A model generated the notes under the pieces. The model saw only the letters and a list, made by a program, of their open reading frames with translations, ran no database searches and was not told where the DNA came from. The position numbers were made by a program, and so were the translations under genes. Positions 32,871 through 42,469 of a DNA stretch of 64,000 bases are shown here, piece after piece (the first letter of the stretch is position 1; each line of letters opens with the position of its first letter). The stretch comes from an uncultured bacterium. Lineage in GTDB: Bacteria > Omnitrophota > Omnitrophia > Omnitrophales > Aquincolibacteriaceae. Where the stretch lies: assembly GCA_964434115.1 (NCBI GenBank), contig CAYSSX010000006.1, positions 140,106 through 204,105 of the forward strand. The letters are read 5' to 3'.

Positions 32871-33377
32871 ATGGAAAATGGAAAAAAAAACAATTCCTTT
32901 CTGAGAGCCGCAAGATTGGCTTGCGGAATCGGACTCCTTTTTTTAATGATGTTTTTGAAAGGGGAAGGCGCAAGGGCGGCGCTCAGTTTCTATGATGCGT
33001 GTTTCCAGGAAGCCTGTTTTGGAGTTGAAACAGCCGTGACCCCGGAGGAACGCAAAACCGGACTTATGTTCAGAGAAAAGCTTGGAGATAAAGCGGGGAT
33101 GCTTTTTATTTTTGAAGCACTGAAAGCTTACCCTATCTGGATGAAAAACATGAAAATCCCCTTGGATATTATTTGGCTTGATCACAGCCGGAAGATTGTC
33201 GCTGTCCGGGAAAATGTTCCCCCTTGTGAGCAAGCCGCCTGTCCGATTTATGAACCGGAGGCTGCGGCCGGCTATGTCCTGGAAATCAACGCGGGTGAGA
33301 TAAGAAAATTAGGCCTTAAGACGGGTGATCTTATGACCCTCCGTCCAGCTCCTGCCCCCAGAGCTCCGGCGGCCTGA
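32871..33377 (+). CDS. DUF192-domain protein (secreted)
   Basis: Signal/TM region plus the DUF192 core (MLFIFE...PIWMKNMKIPLDIIWLD....V). Confidence 0.7.
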   Translation: MENGKKNNSFLRAARLACGIGLLFLMMFLKGEGARAALSFYDACFQEACFGVETAVTPEERKTGLMFREKLGDKAGMLFIFEALKAYPIWMKNMKIPLDIIWLDHSRKIVAVRENVPPCEQAACPIYEPEAAAGYVLEINAGEIRKLGLKTGDLMTLRPAPAPRAPAA

Positions 33378-33439
33378 AATTTTTCGGGTTTCCTTTAAAT
33401 CCGCATGTTATGCTTTAAGAAACTAACCCCTGGGATGGA

Positions 33440-34393
33440 ATGAACCAGCGTTATCTTTCAGTTCATAATCTTAAACTTTTGTCGGGCTGCCGAAGGGGTG
33501 CCTTTTGGTCTGCATCTGCCCTCTTGCTTTTTGCGGTCCCGCTGCCCTTAACTTTTGCCGATGCGGCGTTGGAGACTGAAAGTTATTCCTATCAATTTTC
33601 ACACTCGTCGGGCCCTTCGGACGGCGAGGGGCTGCCGGGGTTGGCTGAAGCGGGTCCGAAGCCTGAAGGGGAAGGCGAAGAGCTTACTCGAACAGAGGTG
33701 ACACCTGCTTTGGCCCCGGAAGAGCAGACTCTCCGGGATAATATACGGAATGTGCTTCGCCTTGTGGATGGGGACACGGTTGCCGTCGGCAAGGATGTTC
33801 AGGTGCGGCTTATTGGAGTGACCTTTCCGGAGTTTGAAGACGGTAAAAGAAACCGTGCTTATGAACAGTTTGCGGAACGCTCCAAAAAGTGGATTGAAGA
33901 TTTTATTCATGACCCTGAAAAGGCGCTTGAAAATTATGAAGGGATGAATTCCCGCGTCAATTATAAGGATAAAGATGGTTTAGGCTTTGTTTTCTATTAC
34001 CTGTATTTTCCTGACACGGTCCTCGAAGACATCCGGAAAAATGAACTAAAGCGGTATGACCATTTGATGGGCAAAAAAGTTGCTACCCGGGTGGAAACGG
34101 ATAAGGACCGTTCCGACGCGGCCCAGGCCCAGCTCAAAGCGCAGCAGCCCAAACTCCCCGAACGTCCCGGCTCCTTCAATGTGGAAAAACCAGAAGCCGT
34201 CAACCAATACGTCATCAGCGAAGCCAAGTACTACTATGATGATGGAAGGATTAAGCGCGAAGAAATTTTCCGTGATGGGAAGCTTATGATCAAAAGACAC
34301 TTTGACCGCAAAGGGGATTTGATTGAAGAAACCTTTCATGACACCAAGGCCCACCTTTACGAAGATGCCACAGGCAAGGCCCCAAGCAAGTAA
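33440..34393 (+). CDS. secreted protein with a staphylococcal-nuclease-like (thermonuclease) domain and C-terminal MORN-variant repeats
   Basis: Signal peptide, then an SNase-like motif (VLRLVDGDTVAVGKDVQVRLIGVTFPE...R...A) and a C-terminus YYDDGRIKREEIFRDGKLMIKRHFDRKGDLIEETFHD (YwqK/MORN-variant repeat). Confidence 0.65.
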   Translation: MNQRYLSVHNLKLLSGCRRGAFWSASALLLFAVPLPLTFADAALETESYSYQFSHSSGPSDGEGLPGLAEAGPKPEGEGEELTRTEVTPALAPEEQTLRDNIRNVLRLVDGDTVAVGKDVQVRLIGVTFPEFEDGKRNRAYEQFAERSKKWIEDFIHDPEKALENYEGMNSRVNYKDKDGLGFVFYYLYFPDTVLEDIRKNELKRYDHLMGKKVATRVETDKDRSDAAQAQLKAQQPKLPERPGSFNVEKPEAVNQYVISEAKYYYDDGRIKREEIFRDGKLMIKRHFDRKGDLIEETFHDTKAHLYEDATGKAPSK

Positions 34394-34560
34394 CGTATCT
34401 ATATATATAATAATAAGTTACTTAAAATAGACCCACTTCTCTCCCAAAGGCTTTCTTGAGTAAAAGACCCGGCTTATTTGACGGCCCCTGACACCTGTGG
34501 CATGGTTTAAGTAAGGCGGTTCTAACCAGGTGTTTTCTGTCAACTGCAGTTAGGCGTGAT

Positions 34561-35364
34561 ATGTCAAAAAAAAGAATCATGGTTGTTGAGGATGAGAAAG
34601 ACATTTCGGATATCCTTTGCACGGTTTTAAACGGTGAAGGGTATGAGGTTGTCTCTGCCCGTAACGGTGAAGAAGCCCTGAAACGCCTCCCCGATCTTGA
34701 CCCCCATTTAATTCTTCTGGATATGAACATGCCAAAAATGGGCGGCGTGAGCTTTTACCACCGGATTTATGACGCGGAAAAGGAAAGCTCCCGGTATCCT
34801 GTTTTGTTTTTGACGGGACGAAGCGAAATGGAAAAACTTTTTCGCGATCTCCATGTGGATGGTTTTTTGAGTAAACCTTTTCAGATTGATGAACTGCTCC
34901 ATGAGGTCAAACGCATTCTCGAAAAGCGTTTTGGACAAGAGTCCCCCTCGGAGTTAAAGGCCGCTGTGACAGGTCCTCCGCAGGTGTTGATCGTCGATGG
35001 AGACCCGGAATCTTTCGAGAGAATCACACTGTCGTTTCTTACGGCGGGTTATACCGTCAATGCCGCATCCACAGCCGCAAAGGCCCTGGAAAAAGCGACT
35101 TCTTCCGAGCCTCCCGATCTTGTTCTCATTCGCCTTAATTTACCCGACATGCCGGGGGATATGCTTGCCTACCGCCTTAAGCTTGCGAGCGCGACGCATT
35201 TGCCCATGATCCTTTATACCTCGGCACTCAATCCCTTCGATCGCCAGTTGACACAAGAGATTTGTCAAAGGGCCGGTATTCACGAGCCCCTGGAAACTCT
35301 CGACCCTGAAACTCTTCTCAAGGAATCCGCGGCTCTTCTGCGCTCCCGCCGCGCCGCGGCCTGA
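34561..35364 (+). CDS. stand-alone response regulator with two receiver domains (the second is degenerate) and no output domain
   Basis: REC1 has MVVEDE...D...LILLDMNMPKMGG...K. REC2 (QVLIVDGDPE...LVLIRLNLPDMPG) has Arg where the phospho-acceptor Asp is expected. Confidence 0.8.
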   Translation: MSKKRIMVVEDEKDISDILCTVLNGEGYEVVSARNGEEALKRLPDLDPHLILLDMNMPKMGGVSFYHRIYDAEKESSRYPVLFLTGRSEMEKLFRDLHVDGFLSKPFQIDELLHEVKRILEKRFGQESPSELKAAVTGPPQVLIVDGDPESFERITLSFLTAGYTVNAASTAAKALEKATSSEPPDLVLIRLNLPDMPGDMLAYRLKLASATHLPMILYTSALNPFDRQLTQEICQRAGIHEPLETLDPETLLKESAALLRSRRAAA

Positions 35365-35384
35365 AAACTTTCCCTTCAAAAACC

Positions 35385-35413
35385 TTGACGCCGCCTTAGT
35401 CCCAAAATAGTAT
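35385..35413 (+). promoter_or_regulatory. sigma70-like promoter upstream of fur (TTGACG-17-TAGTAT)
   Basis: TTGACG at 35385-35390, a 17-nt spacer, and TAGTAT at 35408-35413, about 30 nt before the fur ATG. Confidence 0.35.
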
Positions 35414-35440
35414 GAATTAGTTTTTCAAAGAAAGGTTTTT

Positions 35441-35878
35441 ATGCCGTTGACTGCTGAAAAAACTCAAGACTTTCGAAAGCTGCTTGATGCCAAAGGCCTC
35501 AAGTATACCTACGAGCGGAAGACGATCTGTGAGGAAGTCCTTCGCCTTAAGGAGCATTTTGATGCGGACAGCCTTTATGAGCGCTTTAAAAAAAGGGGGC
35601 TCCGCATTTCCCGGGATACGGTTTACCGCACGATTCCCTTACTGCTTGAGAGTGGCGCTATTCAGAAATCTGTGGGGAGCGGCAAACGTGAGTTTTTTGA
35701 AAGGCATGGAGACAAAGGGCATCATGACCACATGATTTGTATCGCCTGCGGCAAGATTGTCGAGTTCCAGTGCAAGGAAATAGAAGATCTTCAAGACGGG
35801 ATTGCTAAGAAATACGGATTTACACTCACCTTCCACGATCACCGGCTGTTCGGTTACTGCGAAAATTGCAAACCCTAA
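35441..35878 (+). CDS. fur: Fur-family metal-responsive transcriptional regulator
   Basis: A winged helix followed by the HHDHMICIACGKIVEF and HDHRLFGYCENCK metal-site motifs. Confidence 0.9.
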   Translation: MPLTAEKTQDFRKLLDAKGLKYTYERKTICEEVLRLKEHFDADSLYERFKKRGLRISRDTVYRTIPLLLESGAIQKSVGSGKREFFERHGDKGHHDHMICIACGKIVEFQCKEIEDLQDGIAKKYGFTLTFHDHRLFGYCENCKP

Positions 35879-35895
35879 GCCGCCCGCGTTTTCAA

Positions 35896-37563
35896 TTAGT
35901 TCTTCAAACGAGGTTCTTCTAAGGGAAGGTCGACGATCATCGGGTGATGATCGGACACAGGCCGAAAAAGGCTTGTGTTGAGGGCTTCCAAAACTTCTCC
36001 GAAATGAGGGGCAAAGCGGTAAGTATCATTCACAGGCTCCGGATGTTTCAGATATGTTGACTTCACAAAAAACCAATCGAGTTTATATTTGCCAATGATG
36101 CCGCCGATCGGACGCCTGAGTTGAAAGGTGGTCACAAAACCTTTGAAATCCCTCTGATTTGAATTCGACAGGGGATCTGTTTTAGAACCTGTTGAACGTA
36201 ACGCGTCACCTCTGAAATCAAAGGCAGACCCATCGGAAAAGCGGAAATCGCGGATGCCTTCAAACATGGAGCGGACAGGATTGGGAGCGATGATTTTGAT
36301 GCTTTTCGCCGTCGGATCCTGAAGGTTTTTTGTCAGATTTGAAACTGCGCGCGAGGAGTTAATGATAAGAGCGTGCGGTGCAATTAAACTGATGCCGGCA
36401 GAAAACCAGGTGGTCGGATTCTTGGCCGTTCTGGTGACCACGCGTGTTACCGAGGTCGGGCTGATGTCTGTCGGGGCGGAATTGAAATCGCCCGCAAGGA
36501 TAACGGGGTTTTTAATATCCTTGATATAAGACAAAATTTCGCGCATTTGCTCTTCCCGGCCCTTTGGTTCGCATTTGATTTCAAGATGCACATTGATAAG
36601 GGTGAGCGTGCCGCCCGGAAGTTCAGGCACTGCGAGATCCACCCGGAAGAAGATTCTTCCCCCAACTTTCACTTCTCTTGTAATTTCGTTGAGGAAAAGC
36701 ATTTGTGTTCCCTGCCGCCGCGCGTGTTCAAGATAGGTGGGTTTTACGCGCTCCTTGCTATACCAGTCATAAGGCTGTGTTTTAAGCTGAAAAACTTCTG
36801 CGGAACGGATGGGGTACCTGCTTAGGACGCCGACGCCGAAGGCTCCCTTGTAACGCGCGGGGTCAACGGCGTAGTAATCAGTTGCTTCAGTGTCAGAGCC
36901 GCCTTCTTCGTAGCTGATTTTTTCAAGACCCAAAAGGACAGGATCGATTTCAAGCTGCTCCGCGGCAAACACATAGTTCATATCAAGCGCTTCTGCAAGC
37001 ATCCGTGTTGCATCAACATATCCGGACCTCTTGACGCCATAATCCATTTCCTGAAGGAATACAATATCCGCTTTTTCGAGTTTGTTTCGCTGGGCAAGAA
37101 CCCGTCCCACTGTAAAACGTTTTGGGATCTTCACGGGATCGATAAGCCCCTCTGTTTTTTCTGCGGATGTAAAAAGTTTTATAGCGTCCTCGATATTGTA
37201 GGACTTTTCGATGTTCCAGGTGGCTGCGCGGATGTAAGGTCCGAGAAGAGGTGTTTTGAGGTTTCGAGGCCGAGCGCCCCGGTAATACGCTTCATTGCTG
37301 ATGACCGGGCTGCGCCAGAACTTCTCTAACTTTTCCTTCAAAGCTTCGGAGGGTGAAGGATTCTTTTCCAACTCGCAAAGCTCTTCGAAACTGAGGAATT
37401 CAGGTTCCTTGAGGCGAATGAAGGGATCGGCCTTTTTGTTTTCTTCAGAATCACCAAAAGATGAAGGGACTGCCCCGAGCCCCCAAAAAAGAAGAAAAAT
37501 AGAGAAAAACAGGGGATAAAAGGGCCGGGGACGGCAATGATAGGACTGAAAAGAGCTTGCCAT
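35896..37563 (-). CDS. secreted endonuclease/exonuclease/phosphatase (EEP) family protein
   Basis: Signal peptide, then EEP hallmarks (ATWNIEK; IVFLQEMD; INVHLE; ILAGDFNS; SDHHPMIVDL). Confidence 0.8.
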   Translation of the reverse strand: MASSFQSYHCRPRPFYPLFFSIFLLFWGLGAVPSSFGDSEENKKADPFIRLKEPEFLSFEELCELEKNPSPSEALKEKLEKFWRSPVISNEAYYRGARPRNLKTPLLGPYIRAATWNIEKSYNIEDAIKLFTSAEKTEGLIDPVKIPKRFTVGRVLAQRNKLEKADIVFLQEMDYGVKRSGYVDATRMLAEALDMNYVFAAEQLEIDPVLLGLEKISYEEGGSDTEATDYYAVDPARYKGAFGVGVLSRYPIRSAEVFQLKTQPYDWYSKERVKPTYLEHARRQGTQMLFLNEITREVKVGGRIFFRVDLAVPELPGGTLTLINVHLEIKCEPKGREEQMREILSYIKDIKNPVILAGDFNSAPTDISPTSVTRVVTRTAKNPTTWFSAGISLIAPHALIINSSRAVSNLTKNLQDPTAKSIKIIAPNPVRSMFEGIRDFRFSDGSAFDFRGDALRSTGSKTDPLSNSNQRDFKGFVTTFQLRRPIGGIIGKYKLDWFFVKSTYLKHPEPVNDTYRFAPHFGEVLEALNTSLFRPVSDHHPMIVDLPLEEPRLKN

Positions 37564-37659
37564 AGAAGATCAACTCCACAGATTTTTCAAAAAAAGGTTT
37601 TTTTCAGGTCAAAGATTAGCATAAAATACTTTCCCTAAGCGAGAAAGATGTCGTAACCT

Positions 37660-38100
37660 GTGCTCATGAGGTGGCTAATGACCCGCAATTTTAATAAATT
37701 TGACCGCAAGATTTGTCTTCTTATTGTCACAGTGGTTCTCGTCCCCGGTGTGGCCCGTGCGGTAAACGGAGAAAACGGTGATCAGGCTCAGGCGCGGCCG
37801 CAGCTTCAGTCGGCCGAAGGAATCAAAGCCAATGAACGGATTGCGGTTTCAACACCGCATGTTTACAAAAGGCCGCAGCTTCCTGCCCATGTGCATCCTG
37901 CCGAGAGACCTGTTGCGATGCCGCGGAATGAAAAGATTCGTATTGTTCCTTTGGACACTCTTCAGCTTCCTGCGGCCGTTGTGCTGGCCCAGCCCCTTCA
38001 GCCCTCTCTTTTTAAGACCACTCCTACAGTCCAGCCCGCAGCCGCTCCGGTGCAGGCCCTCGCGGTAAAGCCTGCGGTGGAACAGACGAAGAAATCCTGA
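37660..38100 (+). CDS. hypothetical secreted Pro/Gln-rich protein
   Basis: Signal-like ICLLIVTVVLVPGVARA followed by low-complexity P/Q/A-rich sequence. There is no domain match, so the coding assignment is tentative. Confidence 0.4.
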   Translation: MLMRWLMTRNFNKFDRKICLLIVTVVLVPGVARAVNGENGDQAQARPQLQSAEGIKANERIAVSTPHVYKRPQLPAHVHPAERPVAMPRNEKIRIVPLDTLQLPAAVVLAQPLQPSLFKTTPTVQPAAAPVQALAVKPAVEQTKKS

Positions 38101-38104
38101 GTTC

Positions 38105-38851
38105 ATGACCGGTGAGAAAGCGCCCAAGGCTGTAGTGATTGGAGCCAGTTCCGGGATTGGACGCTCCTTGGTCAAAGAGCTTGCTTCCCGCGGTTATGAT
38201 GTTGGTTTTACCGCCCGCCGGACAGAACTTCTGGAATCCCTCCAAAAGGAAATACCTTCCCGGACTTTTTTTAAAGCCATGGATATTGCGCGTCCTGAAG
38301 AAGCGTTTAGAATTCTTGAATCGCTGATCAAGGATTTGGGAGGCATGGATTTAATTGTGATCAATGCAGGCATTAACCGTCCGAACCCAGAGCTGGAATG
38401 GGAGCTGGAACGTGAAACTATTGATATCAATGTCCGCGGCTTTGCGGCACTTGCTGATTTCGCGGCCCGTTATTTTCTTGGCAGGGGGAAGGGGCATCTT
38501 GCAGCTGTCTCTTCAATCGCGGGTCAGTATGGAAGCCCCCGAGTCCCGGCTTACTGCGCTTCCAAGGCCTTTATGTCTATCTACCTTCAAGGGCTCTTTC
38601 TCCGGCTTTCCTCCAAGGGCATTGCCGTTACGGATATTCGTCCAGGATTTGTGGATACACCCATGATTGCAGGCAGGAAATCCAAGTTTTGGGTTGCGTC
38701 TTCTGACCTTGCCGCCATGCAAATAGCGGATGCCTTGAAGGCCCGCCGGGCCGTGGTCTATGTGACCCGCCGCTGGGCTTTAGTGGCTTTTCTTTTGACG
38801 TTTGTTCCCGTCCGTATCCTCGGCATGCTTTACGCGCGTTTCAAGAATTGA
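38105..38851 (+). CDS. short-chain dehydrogenase/reductase (SDR)
   Basis: IGASSGIGRS (TGxxxGIG), NAG, the catalytic YCASKAF, and a C-terminal membrane-like tail. Confidence 0.85.
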   Translation: MTGEKAPKAVVIGASSGIGRSLVKELASRGYDVGFTARRTELLESLQKEIPSRTFFKAMDIARPEEAFRILESLIKDLGGMDLIVINAGINRPNPELEWELERETIDINVRGFAALADFAARYFLGRGKGHLAAVSSIAGQYGSPRVPAYCASKAFMSIYLQGLFLRLSSKGIAVTDIRPGFVDTPMIAGRKSKFWVASSDLAAMQIADALKARRAVVYVTRRWALVAFLLTFVPVRILGMLYARFKN

Positions 38852-39537
38852 GACTGTTAGTGGAAATACCTTCCCCGAAAATCATTTTCGAAGACACACA
38901 CCTCGCTGTTTTGGATAAACCTGCCGGGCTCCTGAGCCAGGGGGACATTTCCGGGGAGGCTAGTCTTGTAGATTGGCTGCGCGGGCATTTTGGGAGAAAT
39001 TATGTCGGACTTGTCCATCGGCTTGACCGCAATACTTCCGGAATTATGGTGGTCGCGAAACGCAGCAAATCCGCGGATCGTTTGACCCGTGCTTTGCAGG
39101 AAGGGCATCTTCAACGTATCTACCGGGCGTGGCTGATCGGTTCTTTCCCTGCGCAAAAGGTGACTTGGCGCCATTTTCTTTTTAAGGACGAAAAGAAAAA
39201 CGAGTCCCGTGTTGTTTCCCGGTGGACTCCTGGCGCGAAAGAGGCAGTTCTTCACATTGAGGTGATGAAGAAAAGCCTGTGGAAGGGAAAAGCCGTGACG
39301 CTTGCGGAGATTTCTCTGGAAACCGGACGCTCTCATCAGATCCGCGTTCAGTCGGCGGCATCGGGATACCCTCTCTTGGGGGATATTAAATACGGGAACT
39401 TTGTGGCCGAATCCTGGAATTCTGCTTTTGGGCGTCCTGCCCTTCATTCCTTTACGATCGCGTTTCCACACCCTATGTCAGGGGAAGCGATGAAATTTGA
39501 AGCCCCGCTGCCAGAGGATATGAAACTTTCAGGTTGA
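38848..39537 (+). CDS. RluA-family RNA pseudouridine synthase
   Basis: HRLDRNTSG (catalytic Asp) and GRSHQIRVQ motifs. Confidence 0.9.
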   Translation: MRLLVEIPSPKIIFEDTHLAVLDKPAGLLSQGDISGEASLVDWLRGHFGRNYVGLVHRLDRNTSGIMVVAKRSKSADRLTRALQEGHLQRIYRAWLIGSFPAQKVTWRHFLFKDEKKNESRVVSRWTPGAKEAVLHIEVMKKSLWKGKAVTLAEISLETGRSHQIRVQSAASGYPLLGDIKYGNFVAESWNSAFGRPALHSFTIAFPHPMSGEAMKFEAPLPEDMKLSG

Positions 39538-39557
39538 AACCTCCTCAAAACAGATGT

Positions 39558-39586
39558 TTGAAGTTTTCCCAAGCCTCGTTTATACT
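39558..39586 (+). promoter_or_regulatory. sigma70-type promoter upstream of the rfb cluster (TTGAAG-17-TATACT)
   Basis: TTGAAG at 39558-39563, a 17-nt spacer, and TATACT at 39581-39586, about 55 nt before rfbB. Confidence 0.5.
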
Positions 39587-39641
39587 TCCAAAAGCACCTT
39601 AACTTCTTTTCATTAAAGGCTTTCCCAACATTGCAGGCCGC

Positions 39642-40751
39642 ATGAATCACGAAACATTGATTGTTACAGGCGGTGCCGGTTTTATCGGCTCTAACCTTGT
39701 CCGTTATCTCCTAAAAAATACGCAGGCGCGGGTGGTGGTCATTGATAAATTGACCTATGCGGGAAATCCCGCCAGCCTTGAAGCCGTAGCGGAGGATCCC
39801 CGTTATATTTTTATTCAGGCCGACATTGCGGACATGCCGCAGATGCAGTCGGTATTCCGCGAGTATCAGCCCGCAGGTGTTTTAAACCTTGCTGCAGAAA
39901 GCCATGTGGATCGTTCGATTGAAAGCCCGGGGGATTTTGTTCACACGAATATTGTGGGAACTTATGTACTCCTGCACACCTCTTTGGGTTACAGCGCATC
40001 GCTGGATGCCGGGCGGCGTTCCGCTTTCCGGTTTCTTCACGTCTCGACCGATGAAGTTTACGGATCACTTCCCGCAACGGGACTCTTTAAAGAAACGACT
40101 CCCTATGCGCCGAACTCACCTTACTCCGCTTCCAAGGCCTCCGCGGATCATCTTGTGAGAGCTTATTTTGAAACCTACAAACTGCCGGCCTTGATTACCA
40201 ACTGCTCAAACAATTACGGGCCCTTCCAGTATCCCGAAAAGCTTATTCCTCTGGTGCTTTTGAACGCCCTCGAGGGAAAAAATATTCCCATCTATGGTGA
40301 TGGCAGCAACGTGCGTGACTGGCTTTACGTGGAAGATCATTGCGCGGGACTATACCTGGCTTTCCGCAAAGGGAAACTGGGCGAAAAATACAATATCGGG
40401 GGACGCAATGAGAGAACGAATCTGCAAATCGTGGACACTTTGTGTGACACGCTTGAAAAATTCCGTCCGGCTTCTGAAAATTCAGCTTTGAAAGTCCGGG
40501 GGTTTACGAATTACAAGCAATTAAAAACCTTTGTGACAGACAGACCTGGGCATGATCACCGTTATGCGATTGATGCGGACAAAATTACAAAGGAACTCGG
40601 GTGGAAAGCGGCTCATAATTTCGAAACCGGAATTGTCGAGACCGTGAAGTGGTACCTCGAAAACAGCCGCTGGTGCAAGGTTGTTCAGGAAGGTAAATAC
40701 GGCCGCGAACGCCTCGGAATCACCGCGGCAAAGGGAGGGAAGACGTTATGA
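39642..40751 (+). CDS. rfbB: dTDP-glucose 4,6-dehydratase
   Basis: [10 protein letters not shown] Rossmann motif, catalytic YSASKAS..L, and RmlB-length C-terminal domain. Confidence 0.95.
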   Translation: MNHETLIVTGGAGFIGSNLVRYLLKNTQARVVVIDKLTYAGNPASLEAVAEDPRYIFIQADIADMPQMQSVFREYQPAGVLNLAAESHVDRSIESPGDFVHTNIVGTYVLLHTSLGYSASLDAGRRSAFRFLHVSTDEVYGSLPATGLFKETTPYAPNSPYSASKASADHLVRAYFETYKLPALITNCSNNYGPFQYPEKLIPLVLLNALEGKNIPIYGDGSNVRDWLYVEDHCAGLYLAFRKGKLGEKYNIGGRNERTNLQIVDTLCDTLEKFRPASENSALKVRGFTNYKQLKTFVTDRPGHDHRYAIDADKITKELGWKAAHNFETGIVETVKWYLENSRWCKVVQEGKYGRERLGITAAKGGKTL

Positions 40752-41617
40752 AAGGAATTGTTTTGGCCGGAGGATCCGGTACGCGTCTTTATCCCGTGAC
40801 CCGCGCAGTCAGTAAACAGCTGATCCCTGTTTATGACAAACCCATGATCTATTACCCTCTTTCCGTTTTGATGCTGGCGGGCATTCGTGAGATTTTGATC
40901 ATTACCACGCCGCATGAACAGGAAAGCTTTGTGCGCCTTTTGGGCGACGGGCGTGATTTTGGCCTGCGGCTTTCTTATGCGGTTCAGCCGCAGCCAGGCG
41001 GGCTTGCCCAGGCCTTTATCATCGGCCGGAACTTTGTGGGGTCCGATGCCGCGGCTCTGGTTCTCGGGGACAATATTTTTTATGGCCATGGTCTTACGGA
41101 TCAACTGCGTTCTGCCGTGCAGCGCAAAAAAGGGGCCACGGTTTTCGGCTATCAGGTGCGTGACCCTGAGCGTTATGGAGTCGTTGAATTTGATGCCTCA
41201 GGGCATCCCATTAGTCTTGAAGAAAAACCCAAGCAGCCTCGTTCCAACTGGGCTGTGACGGGGCTTTATTTTTACGATAACCGTGTTCTTGATATCGCTG
41301 CGAACCTTAAGCCGTCAGCGCGCGGAGAGCTTGAAATTACGGATGTGAATCGCGCCTATTTGAGCCTTGGTGATTTGCATGCGGTTAAACTCGGGCGCGG
41401 AACCGCTTGGCTTGACACGGGAACGCATGAGTCCCTTCTGCAAGCCGGACAGTTCATTCAAGTCATCGAAGAGCGTCAAGGGCTCAAAGTGGCTTGCCTG
41501 GAAGAAATCGCTTATAAAATGGGCTATCTAACGGCGGAAGACATACAGCGTATTGCCGAACCTTTGAAAAAAAACGAATATGGCAAGCATCTTCTGCGCC
41601 TTATTGAGCAGGGGTAA
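40748..41617 (+). CDS. rfbA: glucose-1-phosphate thymidylyltransferase
   Basis: [18 protein letters not shown], the RmlA sugar-binding region (LGDNIFYG) and an EITD motif. Confidence 0.95.
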   Translation: MKGIVLAGGSGTRLYPVTRAVSKQLIPVYDKPMIYYPLSVLMLAGIREILIITTPHEQESFVRLLGDGRDFGLRLSYAVQPQPGGLAQAFIIGRNFVGSDAAALVLGDNIFYGHGLTDQLRSAVQRKKGATVFGYQVRDPERYGVVEFDASGHPISLEEKPKQPRSNWAVTGLYFYDNRVLDIAANLKPSARGELEITDVNRAYLSLGDLHAVKLGRGTAWLDTGTHESLLQAGQFIQVIEERQGLKVACLEEIAYKMGYLTAEDIQRIAEPLKKNEYGKHLLRLIEQG

Positions 41618-41620
41618 GCT

Positions 41621-42469
41621 TTGAGATTTCTTGTCACGGGCGCTCAAGGACAATTGGGGCAAGCCCTTCAAAAAGTTCTATCGGATCACGAAGTCATTCC
41701 CGCCGCACACCAAGATCTTGATATCACATGTTTAGAGGATGTCAGAAATTTCCTCATGGCTCATCCCACCGACTGGGTCCTTAATGCCGCGGCTTATAAC
41801 CAAGTCGATAAGGCGGAAACGGATTCGGATGCTGCTTATCAGGGGAATGCTGTGGGTCCCCGGAACCTTGCTATTGCCGCACAGGAAAAAAACCTTCCTA
41901 TCCTTCATGTTTCTTCGGATTATGTTTTTGATGGGTATGCCGGCCGTCCTTATACGGAAAAAGATGTGCCGAACCCGCTTTCTATTTACGGGAAATCAAA
42001 ATGGATGGGGGAAAAGGAGGTTGCCGCGCATAATTCCCGGCACCTCATTGTGCGTACAGCCTGGGTTTATAGCGTGACGGGAAAAAATTTTCCGAAAACC
42101 ATTTTGCGTCTGGGGCTTAAGGGAGATGTTCGGGTTGTTAACGATCAGCATGGTTCACCAACCTACGCGCCTCATCTTGCCCAAGGTATCCGGAAACTTA
42201 TTGAAAGCAATGCCCGGGGTCTTTATCATCTCGCGGGCAGCGGAGGAACAACCTGGCATGGCCTGACTGTTTTTTTGTTTGAGCAGTTAAAAATTCAAAG
42301 CCGTGTTGAGGCGATCTCCTCGAGTGAATATGTCCGCGCCGCAGAACGCCCCGGGTTTGCAGTCCTTGAAACGGAAAGAATCCCCGGCGTGGTTCTTCCC
42401 CCTTGGCAAGAGGGGGTTAAAGCCTTTGCAGATGAAATTAAACCTATTTTGGAGGAACTAAAGTTATGA
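41621..42469 (+). CDS. rfbD: dTDP-4-dehydrorhamnose reductase
   Basis: RmlD fold (LVTGAQGQLG; HVSSDYVFDG; YG.SK.GE). Confidence 0.9.
   Translation: MRFLVTGAQGQLGQALQKVLSDHEVIPAAHQDLDITCLEDVRNFLMAHPTDWVLNAAAYNQVDKAETDSDAAYQGNAVGPRNLAIAAQEKNLPILHVSSDYVFDGYAGRPYTEKDVPNPLSIYGKSKWMGEKEVAAHNSRHLIVRTAWVYSVTGKNFPKTILRLGLKGDVRVVNDQHGSPTYAPHLAQGIRKLIESNARGLYHLAGSGGTTWHGLTVFLFEQLKIQSRVEAISSSEYVRAAERPGFAVLETERIPGVVLPPWQEGVKAFADEIKPILEELKL

Noticed and set aside
34390-34421. GTAAC-(AT)22-GTTAC hairpin with a (TA)5 microsatellite after the SNase-MORN gene
   Set aside because: The 5-bp stem with a 22-nt pure A/T loop is too weak to call as a structure. It is more likely just the AT-rich promoter or UP region of the downstream regulator gene.
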